NCBI GenBank assembly: GCA_965153355.1
Contig: OZ231126.1
Location: 21,948,001 to 22,012,000 of the forward strand
Length of the DNA: 64,000 nucleotides
DNA from: Flaccisagitta enflata
Lineage: Eukaryota
Direction of reading: 5' to 3'
Under the pieces are notes generated by a model. It worked only from the letters and a program-made list of their open reading frames with translations, did no database searches and was not told where the DNA came from. This document shows, piece after piece, positions 12,473 through 24,800 of the stretch (its first letter is position 1; the number at the start of each line of letters is the position of its first letter). A program made the position numbers and the translations under genes.

Positions 12473-13079
12473 CCATCTTGCTCAAAAATATCGTCTCAGT
12501 AAAACAAGATTAATGTTTATTGTTGTTATTTCTTATGAAAAGTTTATATTTCTGCACAAAAATTTAGTATAAGTACTTATGGTACCATATACCCTTTGTA
12601 TACAATTGGGAAGATATAGATAAAGGATTCATATACTTTTTTGTTAAACCGGTTCTTCAAACTTTCCAGCAGTTTTTTTTTTCATCACTTTCTTACCTAT
12701 GTATATTTATTTTGAAATAAAATTCAAATAGTTTGTACTAGAAAAATCTGCTTGGCGGCATTTGACAGATCTTTCAAAGCTCTTTCCAATGGTCACCAAT
12801 TTTCATATGATTTTATAATAATAAGCCTAGAAAAAGTGAAAATGAACAGGTCAATATTCTTCTCCTCATTTTTTGCATATATTTTGCTCTTTATGGACAT
12901 CAACGTTTTTACTCTTTTAGCTCTAAAATCTAAACGAATCGAGCTACTGAGCTCTGCTTGGTGGCATTTTGAAGATTTTGTCTTGCTCTTTCTAATGATC
13001 ACTGATTTTAATGTGTTTTTTACAGTTGTTTGGTCATAAATTAGGTATAAAGGTGAGACAATATTTTTGAGCAAGATGG
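12473..13079. mobile_element. MITE, Tc1/mariner-type (TA flanks)
   Basis: TA-CCATCTTGCTCAAAAATATCGTCTCA ... TGAGACAATATTTTTGAGCAAGATGG-TA: 26-bp TIR with 1 mismatch. Confidence 0.75.
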
Positions 13080-13334
13080 TAGTATTCAATTGGACAATGA
13101 GCGCCCTCCACCTCAAAGACAATCACAAAGGATTCGCGACCGTCACCAGCGAGCCCAACCATCAACTCTATAATGCGTGCTCATATTTTGGACTCCCAGG
13201 GGCACAGTATGCCCTGACTATATGTGGTTGCTAACTAACAAACGTACAGCTGCCACCAAAACTTTCACACAAAAATATTCGCTGATGGTTGCGTTGTTCA
13301 TTGAGAAAAAATAAAAAAACTTTCCTAAAAGATA

Positions 13335-13890
13335 CAGTAGATGTTGTCTAGACTTGGAAATACGGGGGACTTCATTACAGAAAGACAAATAAAGTTAAGA
13401 GAGTGATATTTGGAATATAAACTAATAAAAGGATGCTTTATTGCTCATGGGTGTTGGTTGCCATGAAACACATCCAATTTACGCTAAAGGTCAATTTTTT
13501 GAGAATGAGGGAATATTGTTTAAAATAGTTTGTTGTTGACTGACAGTATGTTCCGTAAGAATATCGCTGGTTTGGCGGTTGCTAGGGAGCATCACAGGGC
13601 TGTCACACATAGTTACGCTCCCTAGCAACGGCTAAACGAGCAATATTCTTACAGAACATACTGTGGGAAAGTTGTGGCAAAATTTATTTTAAACAATGTT
13701 CCCTAAGAAAATTTCTCAAAATATTGATACTTTAGCGTGAATACATGAAAATGTGTTTCCATAGCAACCAACACCCATGGGCAACAAAGCATCTTTTTAT
13801 TAGTCTATATTTCAAATATTGGTCTCTTAAATAAATTTGTCTTCCTGTAATGAATTCCCCCGTATTTCCAAGTCTAGACGACATCTACTG
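13335..13890. mobile_element. Fully palindromic MITE, Tc1/mariner(pogo)-type
   Basis: TA|CAGTAGATGTTGTCTAGACTTGGAAATACGGGGG...CCCCCGTATTTCCAAGTCTAGACGACATCTACTG|TA. Arms pair through to a centre near 13600. Confidence 0.9.
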
Positions 13891-13917
13891 TATCTGTCAA
13901 AATCTGTTCATGTTACA

Positions 13918-14012
<95 letters not shown>

Positions 14013-14200
14013 GTCTCTCTGGCTATTGTCTCTCCTCTCTCTCTTCTTCTCCATATGTCTATGTCTTTCCTTCTTGTCATTGCCTTATTTCTTTCCGACT
14101 GATGAAGAGCAGAGTTCTGTTTGAAAATTTTCGGTAATAATTTTTCACTTAGTTGAGTTTAACCATGTCTAATCCATTGAATGATTCTACCATTATGTAT

Positions 14201-14810
14201 CACTACCCTCTCACAGCAAGATCCGGAGAAAAGTAACATTACTGTAGGTTTTTTCATTGTTTTGTATAGAATCTGAGCTCTATTTACTGGAACAAATAAA
14301 GATAAAATCTTGTCAAGAGCGCTTTTTGATAAATTTTGATGGTTTGTACCCTTTTTTTCAATGTAGATTCTACTGGGTATTTTGAAAATCTTTTTTGACA
14401 GCATATTTGAATTCCTGGTGAAATTTCCATTCATTTGATAGGTCGCACTATATAATTTTATCAAAAAATGCAATTTCCCATTTTTAAGCCACCGTTACAA
14501 TTTTGCAACGGTGGCTTAAAAACTGAAAATCTTATTTCTATGTAAAAGTATATGTTGCGACCTATCAAATGAATGGAAATTTCATCAGGAATACGAATTT
14601 GCTGACAAAAAGTATTTCTGAAATACCCAGTTGAATCTACAGGAAAAAGAAGGCTTAAAACCATCAATTTTTATGAAAATCTCCAAAAGCGCTCTTGACA
14701 AGATTTTATCTTCATTAGTTCCAGTAAATAGAGCTCAGATTCTATACAAAACAATGAAAAAACCTACAGTAATGTTACTTTTCACCTGATCTTGCTATGA
14801 GAGGGCAGTG
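14201..14810. mobile_element. Palindromic non-autonomous DNA element, CAC...GTG ends, 4-bp TSD (Chapaev-like)
   Basis: GTAT|CACTACCCTCTCACAGCAAGATC...GATCTTGCTATGAGAGGGCAGTG|GTAT. Central hairpin GCCACCGTTACAATTTTGCAACGGTGGC. Confidence 0.85.
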
Positions 14811-15360
14811 GTATATGTATCATACTATATCACATAGAAAATCACATACATTAGATTAAGAACATTTTAAAAGCATTCGAGCCGTGTATCTAATCTGGCC
14901 TTGTTTTCCTGATTTTGTGACATTAACACTTTAATTTAGTTATGTGATTTTTTTTATTCAAAGTTATCATTCAAGCTTTGATATGTTTTAAATTTGAAGG
15001 AAGCTATTCAAATAAATTTTCACTTTGTTAATTTTGACCATGTCTAATCCATTGAATGATTCTTCCATAATACACTCTTTTTTTATAAGAAACTAGTTTA
15101 TAAGAACATCAAGGCTTCAAATAGCCCCAAAATTAAGAACATCTTTAAAACATACAAAGGCTTTAAGGCAGAATGCTTTTTACCCTTTATTTCTCTACAA
15201 AAAATTCAGTGGATGAAAGACCGTGAGCTGATCATAAATCTGTGCCCATTGCCCAGTCCATAGGCGGGAAGTTAGTCAAAAAACTTCAAAAACGTTTTCG
15301 GCAGCACTGCTCAATTTCAACCCTTTCAGTAGGCCTCAACAGGGTGAAAAAAGGAATGCC

Positions 15361-15427
15361 TTAGCAAGTTTCGAACTCATGACCCTTAAATCTCAGTTCC
15401 GACAAGCTACCTCTGGACTAACACCGC
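15361..15427 (-). other. tRNA-derived fragment (SINE head or tRNA pseudogene)
   Basis: Minus strand GTGTTAGTCCAGAGGTAGC...GGGTCATGAGTTCGAAACTTG has A-box-like and B-box motifs at tRNA-like spacing. No clean cloverleaf seen. Confidence 0.45.
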
Positions 15428-15679
15428 GACCTGATACACCTCAGTATTAAGTAAATCATAACATAAAAAAAATCCGAGATTAGCCTCACGATGCGGGAGT
15501 ATCAATATTTGTTATCTGCAACATGCACGATACTGTACAACAGCTCGTGACACCGTACGGCAACGCATGACGTGTTACGGCCACGCATGACGTGTTACAA
15601 CTGTGAGTGACGCGTTATGGCCACACCTCACACATTGCAGTCGTGCAGGAAGCAGCATGGCCGCGTGGGCGACCAAATC

Positions 15680-16560
15680 TTGGCCTCAACGATCTAATCC
15701 CAGTCTCAGCGGCCTAATACCGGCCTCGTTGATCTTATCCTGGTATCAGCAAACTATTTGCAGCCTCAGCAATTTTATTTGCGGCCTCAGCAACCTAATT
15801 GCGGCCTCAGTGACCTAATCCCACTCTCAGCGATCTTATCCCAGCCTGAACGACCTAATGCCAGCCTCAACAACCTGATCCCAGCCTGAATGACCTAATC
15901 CCTGCCTAATCCAGGCCTGAACAACCTAATCCCGGTCGAACAACCTAATCCCAGCCTGAACAACCTAATCCCGGCCTGAACAACATAATCCCTGCCTGAA
16001 AGACCAAAACCCGGCCAAAACGACCTAATCCCAGCCTGAACAACCTAATCCCTGGCCTCAACGACCTAATCCCGGCCTCAACAACCTAATCCTGGCCTCA
16101 ACAACCTAATCCTGGCCTCAACAATCTAATCCCGGCCTCAACAACCAGATCCCGGCCTCAACAACCAGATCCCGGCCTCAACAACCAGATCCCGGCCTCT
16201 AGGACCAGATCCCAGCCTCAACTACCTAATCCCGGGCTCAACAACCTTATCCCAGCCTCAACAACCTTATCCCAGCCTCAACAACCTTATCCCAGCCTCA
16301 ACAACCTAATCCCAGCCTCAACGACCTAATCCCAGCCTCAACGACCTAATCCCGGCCTCAACGACCTTATCCCTGCCTCATCAACCTGATCCCGGCCTCA
16401 ACGACCTCATCCCGGCCTCAACGACCTTATCCCGGCCTCAACAACCTTATCCCCGCCTCAACGACCTAATCTCAGCCTCAACAACCTTATCCCCGCATCA
16501 ACAACCTAATCCCAGCCTCAACAACCTAATCTCAGGCCTGCCGACCCAATTCCACAGCCT
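15680..16560. repeat. 20-bp minisatellite (CCTAATCCCGGCCTCAACGA)
   Basis: Degenerate at the edges, regular from ~15830 to 16530. Confidence 0.92.
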
Positions 16561-16683
16561 GAGCACCCAATTGCGGCACACAGCTGCTAGACCTGAGCTG
16601 ATTTGCATGGCGTGATTTTGGCAGTGATCAAAGGTTGAAGTATTTGCTAAGATAAGATCTATGAGATTAGGGTTCCTTAGATT

Positions 16684-16835
16684 AACAAGGCCGATACACG
16701 TGCTACCCTAGTCGTGCGTGGGTGGGCAGGAGCAGTACTGGAGAAGGTCTTTTAAAAAAACGCTGAAAGTAAAACGTGGGACCAAACACCAACCGACATA
16801 GCGGGGTGTAGAGTCGCGTAGCACGCGACTAAAAA
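16684..16835 (-). mobile_element. HINE/DINE-like short element, family A
   Basis: AACAAGGCCGATACACG...GGGTGGGCAGG...CCGACATAGCGGGGTGTAGAGTCGCGTAGCACGCGACTAAAAA, the reverse complement of 53466-53686. Confidence 0.8.
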
Positions 16836-17969
16836 TTCATGAATGACACAAAATTGAAACAGTCATAAAAAAAAGCCAGGCAAAATATCATTTCATTTCA
16901 TTTGTCTTTTTTTTTTTTTGTTTCGTTGTTGCTCTTTTGTTTTTGCTGTGTTCTTTTCAGTGTCCTTTTTCTCATTACTTGTTCTTCTTCCTCGTCCCTT
17001 TATTTTTCCTCATTGTTCCTCTCCATTATCACCATTGATACTCTTCTTCATCATCATGGTTCTTCTCCTTTATCATCGACGTTCTTTTACTTCAATTTTG
17101 TTGTTCTGCTCCCTCATTGCCGCTGTTCTTTGCCTTCATTGTTCTTCTCCTTCAAAACAACTCCAATGGACGATGCGTGAATCAAGGGTAGACCTGAATG
17201 AAAGAATGGAAGAATGATTGATTGAATGAATGATTGAATGATTGATTGAAATATGTATATAGACAAGCATTGTGGGGCATAACTACTTAGAGAATGATGC
17301 AAACATAAGAAAATTGGTGATGTCTGGAAACTTCATCAAATTTCCGAGCTAATGACAAGCAAAACAAAATTGTTACCCCAAGCAGAAAATAGCAAAAAAA
17401 ATTGCATTTAAGAATTTCATAGTTCCAAGCGCAACATCGTCAGTTACAAATGAGCCTTCTTGTTCAGACCAGGGTGACAAGTTGCTGTCAAGTTGGCGTT
17501 AATTTAGCGCCAGGTTGGCCTGCAAATAATCCAGATAACAGTCCGATCAAACTGCGACAGAGTTAGATGCAGAAGCTACAGTTGTGGCTGCATGTCCAGG
17601 CTCAAGAAAATCGTTCTCAAGGTTTAGGAGAATGTTACACCATCTTACATCCAATCACTCAATGGAAGCATGTCCAGGCTCCCAATAGCCACAGTTAATG
17701 CCCAGGAAGGTCGGACAAAATACTAGTTGTGTCTTACAAATGTCTAATGTATTCCATGATGAATAAAGGGACTACATATAATCTTGTCTATATACTTTTT
17801 AGCAAGATAGTAAGTAATTATCCTATTCCGTATCAAACAAAGCACACAGTAGGGTATAAAAAACAGTATAGCATAGAGTATTGTATGGCATAGAATAAAG
17901 TATAGTATAAAATACAGTAATGAATGTATTTTGTATAAAAGAATATACGGAAGAAATTTCGAAGACAAT

Positions 17970-18142
17970 ACTGATCTTTTGTTTTTATCAGGTTTTCCCG
18001 TTTGGGCAAAGCTTTAACTCTAGTAGATTCGGGTTGAAATGTATTTAAGCCAGCTCTCACCTAGCCCTAACGCTAGCCCTGACCCTAACCCTAAAACCAC
18101 CCCCAACCCCAACCTTAATCCTAACCCTACCCCTAACCCTAA
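17970..18142 (-). repeat. Second copy of the degenerate TTAGGG-like element, inverted
   Basis: CCCTAA-like hexamers at 18060-18142 plus a tail alignable with 12282-12360. Confidence 0.55.
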
Positions 18143-18285
18143 ATAAAAACCCGCTTAGAAAGTCAGTAAAACAAAAGACATCACCAAATTCGAAATCAGT
18201 ACCAAATATACAGTATCTTTCACTTACATTGTCCTACTTTCATATTAACCTTGGGATGATATTAGTATCTTGATTTGATATAAAC

Positions 18286-18556
18286 TTTTTTAGATACGTC
18301 CTCGCATCTCTATGAAAAGCTGTGTCCGTTGGTCTGTTGGTTGGTTAGTCGGTAACGCATTCATATGAAACATCAAAATCAAGCATTTTTTCAACAGAAA
18401 AGTGGTTCTACCCCAGTAAAAGAAGCATATATCAAGTAATTCATTCATTCAATTATTCAATAATGATAATATTCATTCATTCATTCACAAATGACATTCA
18501 TTCATAAAAAACGTTCATTTAAAGAGGACGCATCGTTGGCCTACTTGGCCTTCTTG
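18286..18556 (+). mobile_element. HINE/DINE-like element, family A variant
   Basis: TTTTTAGATACGTCCTCGCATCTCTAT, then a (GTCC/GTTG)n tract, internal (TTCA)n, GAGGACGCATC inverted repeat and GGCCTACTTGGCC 3' hairpin. Partial copy at ~22262-22330. Confidence 0.7.
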
Positions 18557-19598
18557 AGATTTTTAGTGTTATTTAATATCATGATATGTTATTCTTTTTT
18601 GGTAGTCATTGTTACAGCAATAAATTCTTATTAACAGTAATATCTAGGGCTCTAAGCAATAATATTCTTAAATATTCAAATATTATTTCATACTATTCTT
18701 AAATATTATCAGAAATTCAATTATTTCTATCAATATGAAAATCCTAAACAAGTAAATGTACTGACGGATTGATATTATTGATTATTAATTATTAATTATT
18801 ATTAATTATTATTGATTATTAATTTCTATCAAAGTTTCCATTGGTTTTTGTGAAATTCCAACCAGAAATGTCTAAAAATTGGCATATTTTTGGAAATTCA
18901 CAAAAATTTTTTTTTCAAAATATTGGAAATCTCAGCCTAGAGCGTGCATAGCAATGTGCTTAAATTTTCCCAATATCTGAGGCTGGGCATGCTTATAAAC
19001 GAGGTGCGTGTAAAAAAAGTGTATTATAAGATAAGGGCCGTGTTTAGAAATGCAAAATCTTGCATTCAGAAGCAGAGTTTTATGATTTTACCCAGCAACT
19101 TTCATTAGTTTTCCTCTGAATAACTTTGGTCTTCAAAAATACAAGAAACATGATTTTTGACATTCTTAGAAAAATCAAGAGAATAAAAGTTTAAATTTCA
19201 GCATTCATTTCTTACTAAGATAATTATAACAGTTTGTCGTGACTGAAAAATGAAATTTTGTCTTCGTTTGTACCCTGACGTAAGGATTTGAGAGCGAAAC
19301 AAGCATTTGAATGTAGGCTATGTATTTTATCAACCCCATCTGATCAATAATTCGGAAATTCATAATTGTATTGAACGATTGACTGATAATTCGAATCCCT
19401 TGCAATAACTTGAATCCCAAGTAGTATGAATAGATGTACGATACTATCATACTAGCTAGTAGTAGGTTAAATCCCTTGTAGTTTAACTAAAAAACTGAGT
19501 GATAGAGTAGGTAAAATGACTGCCGATTTCATCTTCCTGTTCGCGTTCCATTTTGTTTGGACGATCCTGATGCCAAAATTTCTTTCGAGGTTTCCTCC

Positions 19599-19925
19599 TC
19601 ATTTGTCGCAGAGGACAGAGCAACGCTTGGATTTACGCTCGGCGGACATCAGTTGGCCCTTTTTGCCCCCTTGGCGTTCAGCACCGATGAAAGCGACATC
19701 AGCGGTCTTTTCGTTTCTTGGTTCGCCCGCTGCCCATCTCTTGTCGGTTGAGGACGTCTTCCTGTCGTCACCGCTCCCGCTGTACCAATACCAGATGTCG
19801 CCATCCCTCGTCAATCCGACCCAAGTTTCAGCACATGTCGACCCCGAAAGCAAATTCTGCACCTTGCCCGCGATTTCGTCGAATTCATCGTTTGTCAAGG
19901 AAGCTGGATACCGGCGGCCCCCAGA
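19599..19925 (-). CDS. C-type lectin-domain protein, coding exon 3 (terminal)
   Basis: Acceptor ttttctccattag| then SGGRRYPASLTNDEFDEIAGKV...TWVGLTRDGDIWYWYSG...RWAAGEPRN...RCSVLCDK-stop. WVGL, WxW, WxxGEP and the terminal Cys match the CTLD fold. Spliced product is ~170-180 aa. Confidence 0.8.
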   Translation of the reverse strand, partial: SGGRRYPASLTNDEFDEIAGKVQNLLSGSTCAETWVGLTRDGDIWYWYSGSGDDRKTSSTDKRWAAGEPRNEKTADVAFIGAERQGGKKGQLMSAERKSKRCSVLCDK

Positions 19926-20108
19926 CTAATGGAGAAAATGGTTATTGTTCTTTAGTTTTTCGGCTGATAGTGCGTCGGGTTTACGTTTGGGTTAGGGGTT
20001 GGTTTAGGAATAGGGGTGAGTGTAGGATAACAGATAGGGTCAGGGATTGTGTCAGGGTAGGGACGCAGCTACGGATTTGTGAAGAAAAAAACAACAAAAC
20101 AAATACAC

Positions 20109-20227
20109 AGTGGCAGTAACGAGATACCCCCTTTTTACCCAGCATGCTTTTCCCGCCTCGTCCCAAGTGAATTCTCCTTCGATCAGGCGATACTCTTTTC
20201 CTTTCGCATCTTTCAAGGGTTTACCGT
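20109..20227 (-). CDS. C-type lectin-domain protein, coding exon 2
   Basis: Pyrimidine-rich acceptor ...cttttgttttccgacatgttag| in phase with exon 1. Encodes DGKPLKDAKGKEYRLIEGEFTWDEAGKACWVKRGYLVTAT, with the CTLD 'Y...TW.EA...C...G.L' motif. Phase-0 donor after 20109 (GTGTAT); an alternative phase-0 donor lies after 20139 (GTAAAA). Confidence 0.75.
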
Positions 20228-20339
20228 CTAACATGTCGGAAAACAAAAGATAAGTAAAAGCCTTTCTCTCATGTAACTGCAATGAGCGAATGAGTACTTG
20301 CGATGTAGGCATGATGCATGATGTAGCTGTCTCACTCAC

Positions 20340-20436
20340 CTTTGTTGTCTCCTGATGGTTTTCCTTGCAAGGGAGCGAGCCCGAGAGCGAGACCAAGAAG
20401 AACGCCGATCCAAACCATCTTCCTGACTGAGATCAT
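20340..20436 (-). CDS. C-type lectin-domain protein, coding exon 1 (signal peptide)
   Basis: ATG at 20436 reads MISVRKMVWIGVLLGLALGLAPLQGKPSGDNK (basic N-terminus + hydrophobic core, signal-peptide-like) and ends at a consensus donor G|GTGAGT (phase 1). Confidence 0.75.
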
Positions 20437-20968
20437 CGTGGTGAATCAGAAGTCAGTTTCATTCTATACAAGTACGATGATGACACATGTAAAAACCTGA
20501 TGACGCTGGCGAATATTGTCATAGCCGACATACACGTAGCCGCCTTCAAGTGCGTACTAGCCCATACCTTTCTTACCTGAGCGAAATATCGAAGAAAAGT
20601 ATGTTTTCTTTGAATTTGACAAATCTAAAAAAGATAACAAGAAAAAAAAAAAGAAAAAAAGAAAAGAGAATGAAACGAAAAAAGATGTTGTCCCCTTTCG
20701 CTAAATGGCAAATGTAAGTTGCCTTCTGGTGAGGATTGTTTACATTGGCGTATTAAAGATTTTTCCTACACTTCATGGGAACCGTATCGTGCACGGCGAT
20801 AGACGTCTCATCGAAGTTTGTCTCTCATTGTACTTCGGGAGGTAGTTTCCTAAAACCTTCCAACTGTTTGTCAGAGGCCCTACTAAGGGGACAACCAAAG
20901 CTAATGGGGACGGACCCTGGTGTCAATGGTACCCTTACGTCTTAAATCGCGATACGTGTATGTATACG

Positions 20969-21059
<91 letters not shown>

Positions 21060-21124
21060 GAGGAAGAGAAAGAGAGAGAGACAGAGAAAGAGACAGACAG
21101 ACAGACAGAGAGAGAAAGAGAGAG

Positions 21125-21224
<100 letters not shown>

Positions 21225-21901
21225 AAAGAGAGAAAATTATGCCTCATACTAGTCATAGTGAAGCTGCATTATTGCATATACAACACCAGTTCTACTGATC
21301 CTCGTAGACCGCCTGAAGTGAGTTTTTGACTTTTTCTCTCAAAATTTGCACGAGATTGTTTCTCTGTTTTGAAGATGTCGATTTTTCGCGCTCCGGGGGT
21401 GAGTCAAAGAAAAGGGAGTCAAAATTAGGACGCAAGCTCATGACGACGATGAAGACGGGGACGTCGAGGACGGCGAAGGCTTCTGAGGCGACGATAACGA
21501 TGACGGCGGTGGCATACGGCTAAGATAACGAAGACGACTATTATGATGCTAAAAGGTTTGAATTTGATAAAGCTCGAGCTGTAAAAAAGTCGAGTCTCTA
21601 AGGAGTCGCTGTGGGCGGCCTGATGCCTGTGACAAGAAAGGCCGCAACGTGGAAAGGCATACCGGGGTTGACTGCGTGCTGGGGGGACGTGAGGGACCTC
21701 AAGAGAAGGAAATGCAATGGTTTCGGGTACGGTTGGGCAATTCCCAAAGGGCATAGGGAAATGGCAGGGGTGGAGAAAGTAATTTGTAACGACGAATTTG
21801 CCTCTGAGCCTAATTGTAACCCAGCCATCGCTATTCAATTGCTCGTCATTTGAACCAGTGCAGACCGATCAACAAAATAGTGTGTGTTGGTTAGCAAAAG
21901 A

Positions 21902-22004
<103 letters not shown>

Positions 22005-23323
22005 GAGGGAGAGACAGACAGAGACAGAGAAGGACAGACAGAAACAAACCGAGAGACTCAGAGAGCGACTCTTTGACTTTTTCTTCTCCATTTTTATACA
22101 CTGGCTAAAGCATAATTTCTTCGTGGCAACAAGCGTTGATATTCAAATCAGTATTGCTCAACTGCGGGAGAAGTCTTGACTCGCCTGCGAGGCGATGATT
22201 GCGAGAAATAGACTAATAAAAGATGCGTTTTCCTCAACTTGAGACTCAACTGATTCGTCCCATTTTTAGATATAAGCTCTCGCATCTCTATAAAAAGCTG
22301 TCGGTCGGTCGGCCTGTTGGTCAGTCACGCCAACGTTTATATACTAAAATCTTCAGCTCTTCCCAAATCCTTCTTTAATACAGTGAATGATTTTTCCATT
22401 TATCATTACTAATGATTCATTAGTTCATTCATAAACACCACGCACACTAGCTCAATATTGAGAGTAACACGTGCCAAACTTTGCCATGTATGTTATGACC
22501 TTGAAAATGAGAAATTTAAAAAAAATGTTATGGACAAAAAAATGTTTTTGGCGGAAAAGATTATTTTCATTATTCAGCGCATGATGGCATTTGTATGCAA
22601 AAAAACAACCTATTTCGCTTGAATTACCCACTTTAAGTTGAATGCGCAATTTATGGCGTCATTTCTCACTAGTCAAAACGTTGCAAAATTGCAATGCAAA
22701 AAAAATTGCCTCAATTTTTATTTTGTTGCTGACTGTCGGTACAAAACTGCCAGATGCCTACGACATTACAGGCAACAAGTAGAAAGACATTTCGCGGGAA
22801 CAATTTCCATCAAAACGGAAGGGGGAAAAAAGAGAAAAAAAAGGAAGAAAAGAATAAAAGAAAAACATGAAATTCCTTTGAAAGTCATTTGAATATCATT
22901 TGGGATGTACGGAGTTGACGTCGTTGTCTCGATGCCGGTAAATTGGCTTTTTGAGTGGAAAACAAGGCCGGCTACACGGCCGAATACACGGCCGGATACA
23001 TGGTCGATTCATTTCCACTTCGGCTCAGTGGCAATGCGTAATTTTTCGCTTTCCAAATAGAAACACACAGACCGACAGACAACGGACGCCAATACCCTCT
23101 TTTCCCGAAAAGAAATTATGATTATTCGTTGTAAACATCAGAGAAAAAAACAGCAACTGCCTAATATGTCGGGGTGCAAACGAAGACAAAATTTGATTTT
23201 CAGTCTTAACAAATTATTATATGAAATTATTCCAGAACGTATGAAGTTTTGAAATAAAAATAATTATACTCCTGATTTTTTTATAAAAATTGACAATTTT
23301 TGAATCTTTATGAAATATAATTT

Positions 23324-23710
23324 CAGGGGTGTATAAAGTTGAGTATTCCCCCCCCCCGGTGGGGGGGGGGAATAAAATCAAAAGGTTTGGAGATGGGGAA
23401 GAAAATCAAAAGTTTGAAAAAAAGAGAAAAAAAATTTTTGAAGATGTAACACTTTTGGTAGTACCAAAAGCTAAAATGCAATTACTACAACTCAATTTAA
23501 CACTATTTAAACCTAAAATATACTGTTTTGTAGCTTTTAAGGGAAGATAAACAAAGATTTTGTAATGCGACGCGACGCGTCGCGGGGAAGAAAATCAAAG
23601 GGGGGAATAAAATCAAAAGCCGCTCAAATCAAAGGGGGGAATAAAATCAAAAGCCGCTCAAATCAAAAGGGGGAATAAAATCAAAAGCCGCTCAACTATA
23701 TACACCCCTG
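23324..23710. mobile_element. hAT-type MITE with 8-bp TSD
   Basis: TATAATTT|CAGGGGTGTATAAAGTTGAG...CTCAACTATATACACCCCTG|TATAATTT. Internal repeats of GGGGGAATAAAATCAAAAG(CCGCTCAAATC). Confidence 0.92.
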
Positions 23711-24250
23711 TATAATTTTACCCAAGACAAGTCAGATTGTAAAAAAAGATTTTCCTTAAAAACTTTCTTTTTTCTGACGTTTACCTCTACATTTCACTAT
23801 TACTTTGGACACAAAAATGGTTTCCAATGCAAAAATAATCAAAACACAAACTAATCATCATTTTTCATTGATAAAATATATAAATCAATAATGTCTATGA
23901 TATTGCTAAAAATATGTGTGGACTGATCAAATTTTGTCTTCAATTGCACCCCGACATAACGAAATTGATAGTCTATCTTTATTTCAAATTGCAATGAAGT
24001 ATCACAACGCGTACCAACCTACGACTGCCAACATCAGCAATCTGCGGCAGTCAGTTCCAAGGGCCGGTAGCCGTGAAGAGCGGTATCGGCAGCGGCGCTG
24101 GCAGCGGTATTTGCGGCTAAGACGCGGCGGTTCCGGCAATGGCGGCGGCGGCGACGACGGCGGCAGCGGCTTGTCATGTTCGCCATGAGGCTTTTGACGT
24201 TGTTCGGCTCTGAGCCCACCGAGTATCGGCAAACACCAATGTCGACGACA

Positions 24251-24351
<101 letters not shown>

Positions 24352-24578
24352 GTCAATATGATCGCAGGGAAAAGGCATAAAAGGGCCCAGGGCCAGGGAG
24401 GGCGAAAGGAGTATAGAACTAGGATCATGATGAGAAAAAATGACATGAGATGGCTAATGGCCAGAAAAGGAAAGAAGAATGCAGCTACTATCTAAGAAAA
24501 AGTTCACCTACTTTTCAGTGAAATATCAACCATTTCACTTTAATGTAGTTTATAAAAAACAATTTGATCAGAATAAAA

Positions 24579-24800
24579 AACAAGTGACGCGGGGTCACAA
24601 CATCCTTGCGGACGGGTAGGCAGGGACATCCAACCCCTATCCACAGCCCAATTCCCACCCCCCCTCACACAAAAACATTCTCAAAAAATATCCAAAACAC
24701 TGGTTTTTCCATTTGTGAACTCGATCATTACCAACAGACCGACAGATTAACGGTCAGACGAACAAAGCCTCTGATAGAGTTGCGTGTCCGCAACTAAAAA
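24579..24800 (-). mobile_element. HINE/DINE-like element, family A variant
   Basis: AACAAGTGACGCGGGGTCAC...TTGCGGACGGGTAGGCAGGG...GACCGACAGA...ATAGAGTTGCGTGTCCGCAACTAAAAA. Confidence 0.75.

Noticed and set aside
15361-15427. Functional tRNA gene (also 1344-1408)
   Set aside because: A/B boxes are present but acceptor and anticodon stems could not be paired convincingly.
17590-17682. GCATGTCCAGGCTC twice, resembling p53 half-sites
   Set aside because: Isolated half-sites ~78 bp apart within probable repeat-derived sequence; not a full response element.
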